The notes beneath the pieces are model-generated. The model was not told the origin of the DNA, searched no databases, and saw only the letters and a list, made by a program, of their open reading frames with translations. From the NCBI GenBank assembly GCA_965208835.1, contig OZ242358.1:3584001-3648000 (forward strand): 64,000 nt of DNA, written 5' to 3'. Source of the stretch: Candidatus Latescibacterota bacterium (GTDB taxonomy: Bacteria > Latescibacterota > UBA2968 > GCA-2709665). Shown piece after piece: positions 9,523-18,916 of this stretch; position 1 is the first letter of the stretch; every line of letters begins with the position of its first letter. The position numbers were made by a program, and so were the translations under genes.

Positions 9523-10737
9523 TCAGTGTATCCCAATGTTCTGCCAGAACGTGCCCCAGGCGAACCAGAAACCGTTGTGCGAAGGCAACTGAGTCAGCTG
9601 CCTGCCCTCGTGCGTCCCGTCCACACCCTCTCCCTTGAGGTTCCACGTTGTGCCGGTTTCGTTGTCTTTTACCATAAACGGATAGGCGCTCAGGGTCGAA
9701 TTCACTTTCTCGAACGTGAGCGTGGTCGCCTGGCCGTTCACGCTGATCTCGCGCGAAAAGGGAATGGCCAACTGGGCGTCCCGGTAGAAGACCACCAGGA
9801 TGGGATGTTGCCTGGGTCCCTCAACGATCGTGTCGTTGATAACGTCTTCGCGGTGCATGGCCTGGAAGGGATAGGCCTTGACCATCTCACCAAAGCGGAC
9901 CCCCATTGCCAGATCCTTGGCGTCGAAGAGGGCCGAAGTCGCTGTGTCCATGTTCGGAAACAGAATATACGCGTTTGCCGTCCGGTAATCCCCTCCCTGG
10001 GACGGATTAATGTAAGGATACTGAGTGTATTGGTTAATGTTGTATCGGGTCCCGTTACCGTCGATCACCTTTGTATCGGGATGGATCCGCTTCCAGTATT
10101 CCCAGGTGCACTCGGTCACCGGCAGCAGTTCCAGTTCCTCGCCCTGTCGAGGACCAAGCACGGCCTTGTAGATCATTTGTGGATAAAGCGATTGCCTGTC
10201 CCGCCGGTCGTACATGATCAGGTTGTTGTTGAACAACAGGCCGGACACGCCAACGTGAATCCGTTCGCCATCAGCTGCAACGCCATTGAAGACCATTCCC
10301 GTGCCGGTCAGGGGGCAAAGCGTCACGATCACACTCTCATCGCCCGCGGTGTCGTTTATGATTTCGTGGTGCCAACCAATATTGTGTGGATAGGCCCTGG
10401 CCTCTCCGTCTATCACAATCCCCATGACAATATCATTGTCCCTCAGATATCCCGCTCCGGTGTCACCAGCACTGACGAAATCGGGATCGGTCACCGCGGG
10501 TATACAATCAGGGCAAGCGCCCGTAGCGATCGCGTCTGTCGGAAATGAAGCCACGTCCAGAAAGTTGCCGCCGGCCCGGGGTTGGCGCGCGTGCTCGCTG
10601 CGGCTGCCCTGTGAAGTCGATCCCCCGCCTCCGGTTCCGGTTCCGTCTGTCGGACCTGTCGCGCCTCCGCCGCCGTTCCCGCCGCAGGCAGCAAATAACA
10701 CAGCAAGAATCAAGGGAAACGAAAACAGTCGCTTCAT
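9523..10737 (-). CDS. DUF3179-family lipoprotein
   Basis: Lipobox LFAAC followed by a Gly-rich linker; RAYP, HEIIND, CPLTG, GVSGLL.NNNLIMYDR and FWFAW motifs. Confidence 0.85.
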   Translation of the reverse strand: MKRLFSFPLILAVLFAACGGNGGGGATGPTDGTGTGGGGSTSQGSRSEHARQPRAGGNFLDVASFPTDAIATGACPDCIPAVTDPDFVSAGDTGAGYLRDNDIVMGIVIDGEARAYPHNIGWHHEIINDTAGDESVIVTLCPLTGTGMVFNGVAADGERIHVGVSGLLFNNNLIMYDRRDRQSLYPQMIYKAVLGPRQGEELELLPVTECTWEYWKRIHPDTKVIDGNGTRYNINQYTQYPYINPSQGGDYRTANAYILFPNMDTATSALFDAKDLAMGVRFGEMVKAYPFQAMHREDVINDTIVEGPRQHPILVVFYRDAQLAIPFSREISVNGQATTLTFEKVNSTLSAYPFMVKDNETGTTWNLKGEGVDGTHEGRQLTQLPSHNGFWFAWGTFWQNIGIH

Positions 10738-11022
10738 TCAGGGCCTCCAGTTGGTCTCGCCGGAACGTTGTAAATCCGGTGCAGGTGACACATTCATAAT
10801 GTATATATAGAAAAATTGAAATCTGATAAATTGGCTCCGTCGCTCGAGGCGGCATACCCGGGACGGGTGTTTCGGATCGATTGAGAGATTTCGTAATTCA
10901 GGGATAATATACCTGGTACAGGAATGAATGTAAACCTTTCGGTCGCAGATCCATGGGAAACGCAGCAAAAAAGGGCATTTTGTCTATCTTTGGTTTACCT
11001 GATGCAAGCCGGGCGAGTCTTT

Positions 11023-11051
11023 GTAGGGGCAGGTTTGAAACCTGCCCCTAC
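11023..11051. repeat. REP-type palindrome (GTAG class)
   Basis: GTAGGGGCAGGTTTGAAACCTGCCCCTAC, a perfect inverted repeat with GTAG terminus. Confidence 0.75.
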
Positions 11052-11163
11052 GGTTGAGCATTGGGCTATATTTCGATCTCCTTGCTCGTGCGCACACCGT
11101 GACGCACTGGCGGGCCGGGCGGGACACCCCCGGCGGGCATCCACCGCTTCATTGGCGCGTTCC

Positions 11164-11192
11164 TTGACTAAATTCCATCTTCCGTTTATTTT
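11164..11192 (+). promoter_or_regulatory. Putative sigma70 promoter of the DUF6785 gene
   Basis: TTGACT-17nt-TATTTT. Confidence 0.45.
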
Positions 11193-11241
11193 ATGCACCC
11201 CATAGGCAAGCCCGTTTTCCTTCGGCATTTCCTTAATCTAA

Positions 11242-11403
11242 GAAGCTGTCTTAAAATTTCCAGCGGTCTTCGCGCGGCTGCAAAAGCGCCGGTCGGCGTT
11301 GGTCAAACCCACCCGTATAGACAAATATGGGCGGATTTTCCCGCCTTGCCCGTCGCTTTTTCGCTCGCGCTCGGGAACTCACCGGCAATTTTAAAACAAC
11401 TTC
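11242..11403 (+). mobile_element. MITE family B, copy 1 (162 bp)
   Basis: TIR GAAGCTGTCTTAAAAT...ATTTTAAAACAACTTC; homologous to copies at 24563 and 37027; flanks TAA/AAA. Confidence 0.8.
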
Positions 11404-11421
11404 AAACGACAATCCCGCCAG

Positions 11422-13413
11422 ATGGCACTGCCAAAACCGCAAGAACCCTCCATTGAATCGCAAGCTGGCCACCGGGACCGGGGAGTCACGCTCCGCGCCG
11501 TGGGGATGGGCGTGCTCGTATCGGCCCTCAGCAGCGGCTGGGTCGCCTATTCCCGCACCGCGGCGGATACGTCGTCGGTCAATATCACCCACCTGCCCGT
11601 TTCCTTTTTCGGCGTCTTCATTGTCGTCCTCACGATCAACCTGATCCTGCGCAGGAGGCCCGGTTCGTCCGGTCTGGGCCCCTCGGAAATGCTCACGATC
11701 TTTGCGATGGGCCTCGTCGCCGCAATGGTCCCCGCCAGGGGCCTGACCGGTATCTGGCTCGGCCTGATGGCGGTGCCGTACTATCGAAGCACGCCCGAAA
11801 ACGGCTGGATCGACTATGTCCAGCCGTACCTCCCCGACTATCTGTTTCCAACCAACGACGGCAATCAGACGACCCTGCTCTACGAAGGCCTGCCGGGCGG
11901 CGCCGCGATACCCTGGAACGTCTGGTACCTCCCGCTGTTCTGGTGGCTCACGCTCATTCTGGCGGGGTTCGTCGTTTGCGCCTGCATAACTGTGATACTG
12001 CGAAGACAGTGGGTCGAATACGAACGCCTGGACTACCCGCTGCTGGCGCCCATCCTGGAAACCATCGACGACGTCCACGACGCTTCGGGCGGAAACAAGT
12101 GGCCGGACTACTTCAAGGGACGTCTGTTCTGGATCGGCTTCGGGATCGCCTTCGGCATTATCGCATGGAACATGATTTCGTATTTCCAGCCAACCTGGCC
12201 GCGCATCAGCATGAGTCCCAACAAGGGCCTGTTCTACTTCGCCCGGATCTTTCCGCCGCTGCTCACCCACATCAATACGTATACGATCGGCTTCGGGTAT
12301 TTTGTGAAGCTGGAGATCCTCTTCTCGATCTGGTTCTTCCACTTCCTGCTGATGTCCGAGATCGCGCTGATCCGCAAGACCGGTTTCCAGTTCGGCCGCA
12401 TGCACCAGTCCGGCGGCGGGTGGGGAGATCCGCTCGTCCAGTGGCAGTGCCTGGGCGCGTTGTTCGTCTTCGTCGGATGGGGATTCTGGGCGGCCCGACA
12501 CCATCTGAGGGACGTATTCCGCAAAGCCTTCTTCAACGAATGCGGTGTGGACGATTCCAGGGAGATGCTCTCGTACCGCACGGCCGTCATCGGGTTCATC
12601 GCGGGCAACCTCTACATTGTTGCATGGCTGCACCAGGCGGGGATCGAGTTGGCGTTGCTGGCCATCACCGTTCCGGCCTCGATCATCATCTACATCGCGC
12701 TCGCCAGATTCGTATGCGAGTCCGGCACCCTGTACCTGGGACTGCCCACCAGCCCCCTGGATATGGGCTATCAGATCCTGGGTACGGAGACTATTTCGGC
12801 GAGGGTCCTTACCGCCTCGGCTACGTCGCACGCCCTGCGGTGGATGTATTTCATGCCGGCGCTCTCCCAGGGAGCAAAGGCCATCGACCGCGCAAAAGGC
12901 AACCGCCGCGTGCTGTTCTGGGCCGTACTCGGGGGCCTGCTCACCGCGCTGGCCGTGAACATCTGGATGGTGCTCTACCTCGGCTACAAGTACGGCGCAT
13001 TCAACTTTACGGATTATCCGTTCGCAAGATACGCGCCGCGCCTCTACGACGCCGTTGTCGCGAATATCAAATCGCCGGAACCGGCCTCCTGGGAACGTCT
13101 CGTGCTGTTTGCGTTCGGAGGCATCCTCATGGCGGGGTTCACGCTCCTGCGTTATCGCCTGCCGTGGTGGCCGCTGCACCCCGTGGGTTTCATCGTGACC
13201 ACGACAAGCCTGCTGCACGAAATCACCGCCATCCTCATCGTGTGGCTGTTCAAAGCCATCGTCATGCGGGTTGGCGGCGTACAGCTGTACCGTTATTTCC
13301 TGCCCCTCTTCTTCGGAATCATCGTCGGACGGGCCACGGGCGTTCTGGCCTCCTTCATTGTCGATCTGATCTGGTTTCCCGGAGGGGGCCACCACGTCCA
13401 TGGATGGGCGTAG
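11422..13413 (+). CDS. DUF6785/DUF6784 polytopic membrane protein (putative peptide-transporter-like)
   Basis: 663 aa with many TM helices; IPWNVW..PL..W, RRQWVEYERLDYPL, WWPLHPVGF and P.FFGIIVG motifs. Confidence 0.8.
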   Translation: MALPKPQEPSIESQAGHRDRGVTLRAVGMGVLVSALSSGWVAYSRTAADTSSVNITHLPVSFFGVFIVVLTINLILRRRPGSSGLGPSEMLTIFAMGLVAAMVPARGLTGIWLGLMAVPYYRSTPENGWIDYVQPYLPDYLFPTNDGNQTTLLYEGLPGGAAIPWNVWYLPLFWWLTLILAGFVVCACITVILRRQWVEYERLDYPLLAPILETIDDVHDASGGNKWPDYFKGRLFWIGFGIAFGIIAWNMISYFQPTWPRISMSPNKGLFYFARIFPPLLTHINTYTIGFGYFVKLEILFSIWFFHFLLMSEIALIRKTGFQFGRMHQSGGGWGDPLVQWQCLGALFVFVGWGFWAARHHLRDVFRKAFFNECGVDDSREMLSYRTAVIGFIAGNLYIVAWLHQAGIELALLAITVPASIIIYIALARFVCESGTLYLGLPTSPLDMGYQILGTETISARVLTASATSHALRWMYFMPALSQGAKAIDRAKGNRRVLFWAVLGGLLTALAVNIWMVLYLGYKYGAFNFTDYPFARYAPRLYDAVVANIKSPEPASWERLVLFAFGGILMAGFTLLRYRLPWWPLHPVGFIVTTTSLLHEITAILIVWLFKAIVMRVGGVQLYRYFLPLFFGIIVGRATGVLASFIVDLIWFPGGGHHVHGWA

Positions 13414-13514
13414 CTTTGCGTGCCGGACTTCCGTTGCTCTCTTGACAGACCACCTGGTTTCCGCGTTATTTTGGGTCGAAAGAATGCCGGGTCACTACTC
13501 TGGAGGATCTGCCT

Positions 13515-15284
13515 GTGAATAAGTGTGGTTTGTCTTTTCTCCTTGCTTCGCTAGTGCTGTCGTCTTCCGCCATAGCGCAAGATGACCCGCTCCTTACGAG
13601 TTTCCCTCACGAAGTCACGCGGCTTGACGAGATGGGCGGGCTACCCGGCGCCGCGATGTTCGACTACGACAACGACGGCGATCTGGACGTCTACGTGGCA
13701 AACGGCCATGGCTTCCGCAATTACCTCCTCGAAAACGACGGGTCCGGCAATTTTGCGGACGTCTCCAGGGAGGCTGGAGTGGCTGTCACGTTAGAAACAC
13801 ACGGCGTCGCGAGCGCCGATATCGACAACGACGGCGACGCGGACCTCTTCGCGGCCACGGACGGCCGGAACTACCTCTTCCTCAACAACGGCGACGGGAC
13901 CTTTACCGACATCACGGAATCCGCGGGGATCGCGTCCCGTTACTTCTCGTCCACCGTTGCGTTTGCGGACGTCGACAACGACGGGTACGTGGACATCTAC
14001 GTTGGTGGCGCGGGCGGCGAGGATAGCGTCGTACAAAACAGAATCGTGGGTACGGGCGAAATGTATTTGAATAACGGCGATCTGACCTTCAGGGATATTA
14101 CCGACGTGACCGGTACAGAAGCGACGTACACGTGGTCGGTCCGCTTCTGCGACTACGACGACGACGGCGACCCGGATCTGTTTACGGCCAACGACCAGGG
14201 CATTGCACTGGCGGGCGAGTGGTCTCCCATCCGGCTTCACAGAAACGACGGCAACCTGAGGTTCACCGACGTCACAAGGGAGGCCGGCCTGGGCATCACG
14301 GGAAGCTGGATGGGGCTCGCGTTCGGAGACTACGATCTGGACGGCGATTTCGACTTCTTCGCTACAAACGTCGGCGGCTCGTTCGTGACAAAGGAAGGCG
14401 ATCAAGAGTACGACTGGCACGGATTCTTCCTCAACGACGGTGGCGTGTTCAGGAATATCGCGGAGGAACTGGATGTGTCGCAGGATCGCACACTGGCCAA
14501 ATTGGAATTCGGCTGGGGCACGGTCTTTACGGATTTCGACAACGACGGCGATCTGGATCTCTACTTCGTTGGCAATTTCGAGATGCTCGAGGCCTATCTC
14601 AATCCGGGTTACCTTCTGATCAACGACGGAACCGGGGCGTTCAGCGACTCCACGGCTCGCTACGGCCTGAGGACGGTTGACGGGACCGGCAGACCCACGA
14701 TCGCGGTCGGCGTTGCGACCGGCGACGTGAACAACGACGGTCACGTGGACATTTTCGTCGCCAATGCCGGTACGGATTACAAGACCGGATATCCGATGCT
14801 GTTTACGGAAAAATTCGACGACAACAACTGGATTCGACTGAAACTTGAAGGCACCGAGAGCAACCGGTCGGCCATCGGCGCCAGGATCCAGCTTACGGCC
14901 GGCGGCAGGACCCAGATCCGCGACGTGGCCAGCGGCGGCAGCAGTTTCTCGCAGAACAGCCTGTGGCCCACGTTCGGCATCGGCAAGAGTGCCATCATTG
15001 ACTCGATCAGAATCAGATGGCCGAGCGGAATCGTTCAGACACTCATGGAGATCGAGCCCAACCAGACGCTCGAGATCCTGGAAGAGCGGCCGCCGCCCGA
15101 GGTCGTCTACGCTAACCCACGTGCCGATTTCGACGGCAACGGCAGCGTCGATTTCAGTGATTTCATCGCCCTTGCCGCGGCGTTCAACACGGATGACTCA
15201 ACCTACGATCTGAACGGAGACAGCTTGGTCGACTTCGCCGACTTCATCGAATTCGCGAGGTCGTTCGGCCGGCCGCTGCCATAA
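13515..15284 (+). CDS. Secreted FG-GAP/VCBS-repeat ASPIC/UnbV (CRTAC1-like) protein with C-terminal paired EF-hand (dockerin-like) module
   Basis: GTG start with GGAGG RBS; signal peptide; seven D-x-D-N-D-G-x-x-D-type repeats; SNRSAIGARI...FGIG...IRWPSG; tail DFDGNGSVDFSDF / DLNGDSLVDFADF. Confidence 0.9.
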   Translation: MNKCGLSFLLASLVLSSSAIAQDDPLLTSFPHEVTRLDEMGGLPGAAMFDYDNDGDLDVYVANGHGFRNYLLENDGSGNFADVSREAGVAVTLETHGVASADIDNDGDADLFAATDGRNYLFLNNGDGTFTDITESAGIASRYFSSTVAFADVDNDGYVDIYVGGAGGEDSVVQNRIVGTGEMYLNNGDLTFRDITDVTGTEATYTWSVRFCDYDDDGDPDLFTANDQGIALAGEWSPIRLHRNDGNLRFTDVTREAGLGITGSWMGLAFGDYDLDGDFDFFATNVGGSFVTKEGDQEYDWHGFFLNDGGVFRNIAEELDVSQDRTLAKLEFGWGTVFTDFDNDGDLDLYFVGNFEMLEAYLNPGYLLINDGTGAFSDSTARYGLRTVDGTGRPTIAVGVATGDVNNDGHVDIFVANAGTDYKTGYPMLFTEKFDDNNWIRLKLEGTESNRSAIGARIQLTAGGRTQIRDVASGGSSFSQNSLWPTFGIGKSAIIDSIRIRWPSGIVQTLMEIEPNQTLEILEERPPPEVVYANPRADFDGNGSVDFSDFIALAAAFNTDDSTYDLNGDSLVDFADFIEFARSFGRPLP

Positions 15285-15312
15285 ATAAAGCCCGGCGGCA
15301 GAACCGTCGGGC
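15282..15312 (-). terminator. Intrinsic terminator between convergent genes
   Basis: Minus strand GCCCGACGG-TTCTG-CCGCCGGGC followed by TTTATTTA. Confidence 0.5.
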
Positions 15313-15435
15313 CTGACTGAAATCCGAGTTCCAATTCGGCTTTTTTCCAGCAATCAACACGCTTCCACGGTTTCATCACGTCACGCTTCCATTTTGACCC
15401 TTCGATATGCTCCGGGCAACGGCTCATGGACCGGC

Positions 15436-16365
15436 TCATGGTTCCTCGACCACGACGAATCCGAGGGAGTCCACGGATGCGGACCCGAAGAGCCCGATCC
15501 CACCCTCCACGTGGAAGAACGGCCGCCTGAAATTCTCGCCCGCCAGCCCTCCGAACCAGCCCTCCTGCGCCTCCGGCCCAGAGCGCACGTAGTCAAACCA
15601 GTTCCTGTCCACCGCATAGATCCGCATCAGGTGACGCCCGGTGAAGTAGATTGCGAACCACGGCAGCCTTACACTTCCTTCCGTGGACTCGATCGCCGGC
15701 GAACTTCCCGTGCGTTCCGGTGAGTCTTCGGACAGTTCCCGTGCGACCTCATCGGCTCCCCGGTCGAGACTCACAATACCGACCTGATAGCCCGGCACGT
15801 CGATCGGATCGAATCTGGCCTCGAGAAATCCGGCCTTGAAGACCACCCTGTTTTCCGGCGCAAGAAAGACCCCGTCCGACAGATCGGCAAACGTCTTCAG
15901 CCTTCGCAGCACCGCTTCGGTCCTCTGATCCAGAATAACGGCCTCCCGCACGCGGACCGGCCCGGGCGTGACCGTCGTCGCCCGCGCCGTCCTGCCTTTT
16001 GAGGCCACCTCAATGACGTACGTCGTTGCAGGTGCCACGACAGGAGGATCGGCCGGGGGCGAATACTGAAACGGACCCGCGTCCGGATCCCGCGCATATC
16101 GGAAGACCCGGTCACCCTGCCGAAGTTCCACGATGGCGTCCGACACCACGGCGTGCCTCGGACTGTCGCGGTCGCCCGCGGCCACCGTCTGCGTCACGAG
16201 TACCGGGGGCAGCGGCCGTCCGACGATCAGCAGTCCGTCGAGTACGAGTTCACCTGCCGCGTCCGGACCGTACAACGATTCGGGTGTCCGTTCGGCCTGA
16301 CAGGCCGTGACCACAAGGCAGGATGCTGCCGTCAAAACGAACGCGACCGCATTCCTCGATATCAT
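15436..16365 (-). CDS. DUF4249-family lipoprotein (TBDR-associated)
   Basis: Lipobox VTAC; C-terminal HVEGGIGLFGS; directly downstream of a TBDR. Confidence 0.8.
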   Translation of the reverse strand: MISRNAVAFVLTAASCLVVTACQAERTPESLYGPDAAGELVLDGLLIVGRPLPPVLVTQTVAAGDRDSPRHAVVSDAIVELRQGDRVFRYARDPDAGPFQYSPPADPPVVAPATTYVIEVASKGRTARATTVTPGPVRVREAVILDQRTEAVLRRLKTFADLSDGVFLAPENRVVFKAGFLEARFDPIDVPGYQVGIVSLDRGADEVARELSEDSPERTGSSPAIESTEGSVRLPWFAIYFTGRHLMRIYAVDRNWFDYVRSGPEAQEGWFGGLAGENFRRPFFHVEGGIGLFGSASVDSLGFVVVEEP

Positions 16366-16389
16366 AGTTTCACCAGATCCGTTTCGATT

Positions 16390-18627
16390 TCAGAAGGCAT
16401 AATTTATACCCAGCGTCGGCACGACCGGCAGCATCTTCACGACCTCGGGTTCGGTATGGATTTCGTCCGGTTCGAACTCGATGAACCATTCGTTGCGGCG
16501 ACTGTAGACGTTGAACACCTGAAGGTACACCTCCGCGTCGACGCCGAACAGACTGAATTGACGTTTGACGCTCAGGTCCAGCCTGTGGTACGGCAGCAGC
16601 CGCGCGCTGTTCCGGTCGGCCGGCAGCGCATAGTTCCTGATTCCTGCTTCCGGCTCCGTGGGACGCCGCAGCCTGTAGACCGCCGACCCCGGCGTAAACG
16701 CCTGTCCCGTCGCATACAGTAAATTGGCACCCAGGGTCCACCTGCCCACCCGCCAGTTGCTCACAAAAGAGAGATCGTGCCGCCTGTCGTACTTGGGCGG
16801 AAAACGCTTTCCCTCGTTCAACTCCTGAAAACGGCGACGAGTCCATCCCAGTGTATAGCCGATCCATCCGGTGACCGACCCGGTGCGCCGCTGCAAGAAA
16901 AACTCAACACCTGCTGCAACGCCGGTTCCGCCGCTCACAAACGTGTCTTCCGACGTGCCGGCTTCGGATCCGACGGCAACGTTGTTGTCGAAAAGCACAA
17001 GATTCGCAAGGTCCGTATAGTACCCTTCTACTGAAAGCTGATACCGTTTCGACGGTTCCCACTCGAAGCCAGCCACCCCCTGCCAGGAACGGCCGGGCTC
17101 CACGGTCTCGTCGAGAGGCACCCAGACGTCGCCGCCGCTGAAGACCTCGGTGGTCACCAGCTGGATGTACTGTCTGTATGACCCGCCACCCAACTTCAAT
17201 TTCAACTCGGGCGTGATGCCATGGCTCAGCGCGAATCGGGGTTCGACGTGAAACCTGTTTCCTTCGGTGAAATAGTTCGATCGCGCACCCAGTCTCACGC
17301 TCGTCTCGGGCCGGGGCTGCCACAGATCCTGCGCGTACGCCGAGAAAAGGAAGGGCCTTTCGCGGATATCCAATTGATCGTCCTGGTTGAAACTCTGTTT
17401 GTACGCGAAGTCGAACCACGTGCCGATAAACCCGAAATTCAGGGAATGCCGGCTGCTTGCGAAGAAGTCCAGGTCCCCCTTGACGGTGATATCCGTGATC
17501 CCGTTGGAAAACTCAATGGGGGTCTCGATCACGCGCACTTCCGTGTTGCTTTCGTATTTGCTGCCTGACAGGACGAGATTGCCGAAGACCGCTGGGGAAA
17601 ACACATGGGTCCATCGACCCGTGAAGGCGGTATTGCCCCACCTTACATTGAAAAAACTACCGTCATCCAGGTCGAGTTCCAGGTCGTCGCGTCCGAAGTA
17701 TCCGCTGAACATCAGCTTGTCGCCTTCACCAAAATCCCGATTGAATTTCGCGTTCGTATCGTAGAAGTAATAATACGGCACTTCGGTGTCCTCGTCCCTG
17801 ATCAGGGAAAGAACCGGTTCCAGGTACGTCCGCCGGCCGGAGACCATCCATGAGCCGTTGCCCGCGGGTCCCTCCAGCGTCATCCGGGCGGAAATCAGGC
17901 TGACTCCTCCCGATCCCTCGAATCCCTTCCGGTTGCCGTCGCGATTGCGCACGTCCAGAACGGCCCCCAGTCGTCCGCCGTACTGTGCCGGATACGCGCC
18001 CTTGTGCAGGCTCATATCCTTGATGGCGTCCGGATTGAACGTGGAAAAGAAACCGAACGCGTGCGTGGGGTTATAAAGTGGAATCTGATCCAGCAGGATC
18101 AGCGTCTGGTCCGGTCCGCCACCCCGGATATACAGCCCGCTTGTGAAGTCAGAAGCCGACTGTATACCGGGCAGCAACTGAAGGCTCCGGAGAAGGTCGG
18201 TTTCGCCTACCGCCGGCAAGTCCTGCAACTGCTCGGTTTCCAGCGTTACGAAGCCAGTCTGCACATTTCGCTCCGCCTCGTACGGGTCACCCTCGACCAC
18301 GATCTCACGGGAAAGAATCGGTTCGGGAACCAGCTGCACATTCAGCTCCCGCAACTCGTCGCCGGAGAATCGGAGGGAATCCACGAAGCTTCGGTATCCG
18401 ATGTAGGAGACGACGAACGTATATTCGCCGGGAGGAATGTGCTGGACCGCGTAATACCCGTCCACGTTGCTCAGTGCGCCCAGCGGCGATGCGCCCCCTT
18501 GCAGGACCACGTTCGAGTAGGGGAGCGACTCTCCGCTGGTGCCGTCTGTCACGAATCCGCTCAAAGTTGCAGCCTCGACTGCGCCGGGCAAGAGAAGAAC
18601 CAAAATCAGAGTGCGCACTGCGTTCAC
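16390..18627 (-). CDS. TonB-dependent receptor with carboxypeptidase-regulatory-like domain
   Basis: Likely GTG start at 18627 (signal peptide ...AVEA); LQLLPGI, IRGGGPDQ, H.FGFFSTFN, YGGRL; C-terminal PTLGINYAF. Confidence 0.92.
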   Translation of the reverse strand: MNAVRTLILVLLLPGAVEAATLSGFVTDGTSGESLPYSNVVLQGGASPLGALSNVDGYYAVQHIPPGEYTFVVSYIGYRSFVDSLRFSGDELRELNVQLVPEPILSREIVVEGDPYEAERNVQTGFVTLETEQLQDLPAVGETDLLRSLQLLPGIQSASDFTSGLYIRGGGPDQTLILLDQIPLYNPTHAFGFFSTFNPDAIKDMSLHKGAYPAQYGGRLGAVLDVRNRDGNRKGFEGSGGVSLISARMTLEGPAGNGSWMVSGRRTYLEPVLSLIRDEDTEVPYYYFYDTNAKFNRDFGEGDKLMFSGYFGRDDLELDLDDGSFFNVRWGNTAFTGRWTHVFSPAVFGNLVLSGSKYESNTEVRVIETPIEFSNGITDITVKGDLDFFASSRHSLNFGFIGTWFDFAYKQSFNQDDQLDIRERPFLFSAYAQDLWQPRPETSVRLGARSNYFTEGNRFHVEPRFALSHGITPELKLKLGGGSYRQYIQLVTTEVFSGGDVWVPLDETVEPGRSWQGVAGFEWEPSKRYQLSVEGYYTDLANLVLFDNNVAVGSEAGTSEDTFVSGGTGVAAGVEFFLQRRTGSVTGWIGYTLGWTRRRFQELNEGKRFPPKYDRRHDLSFVSNWRVGRWTLGANLLYATGQAFTPGSAVYRLRRPTEPEAGIRNYALPADRNSARLLPYHRLDLSVKRQFSLFGVDAEVYLQVFNVYSRRNEWFIEFEPDEIHTEPEVVKMLPVVPTLGINYAF

Positions 18628-18737
18628 CCGTGTACCCCCATTCGCGTTGAATCGTCTCGCAGTGAAACCAATCTTCGCCGCTCGCGGATCTCCGTAGAAT
18701 CCAGGTCGCCGCGACCCTCGGTCGAGTCCGGGCGCAG

Positions 18738-18763
18738 AAAAAAACCCGGCATTTTCGCCGGGC
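18738..18763 (-). terminator. Intrinsic terminator downstream of the SDR operon
   Basis: Minus strand CCCGGC-GAAAAT-GCCGGG followed by TTTTTTT. Confidence 0.6.
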
Positions 18764-18916
18764 TTCATTGTTCAGCAAGCCGTCAGGTTGTTCGAAATAC
18801 ACCCTTCCACCCGGTCCTGAATGCCTGATTGGAAAAACGACCGAATCCCTCCGGAGTTCCCGGATTCTGTATCGGCGACACGCCGGGGAAACTCCCGTTT
18901 CCAGGCAGCGGCACTC

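Noticed and set aside
9523-10737. Selenocysteine recoding in DUF3179
   Set aside because: The ORF is uninterrupted, with Cys at the relevant position and no in-frame TGA
13442-13472. TTGACA...TATTTT promoter upstream of the ASPIC/UnbV gene
   Set aside because: Spacer is 19 nt; too weak to call
15398-15420. Half copy of a CCCTTCGA...GCTC.GGGC palindromic-repeat-like sequence
   Set aside because: Single degenerate half with no partner in the window
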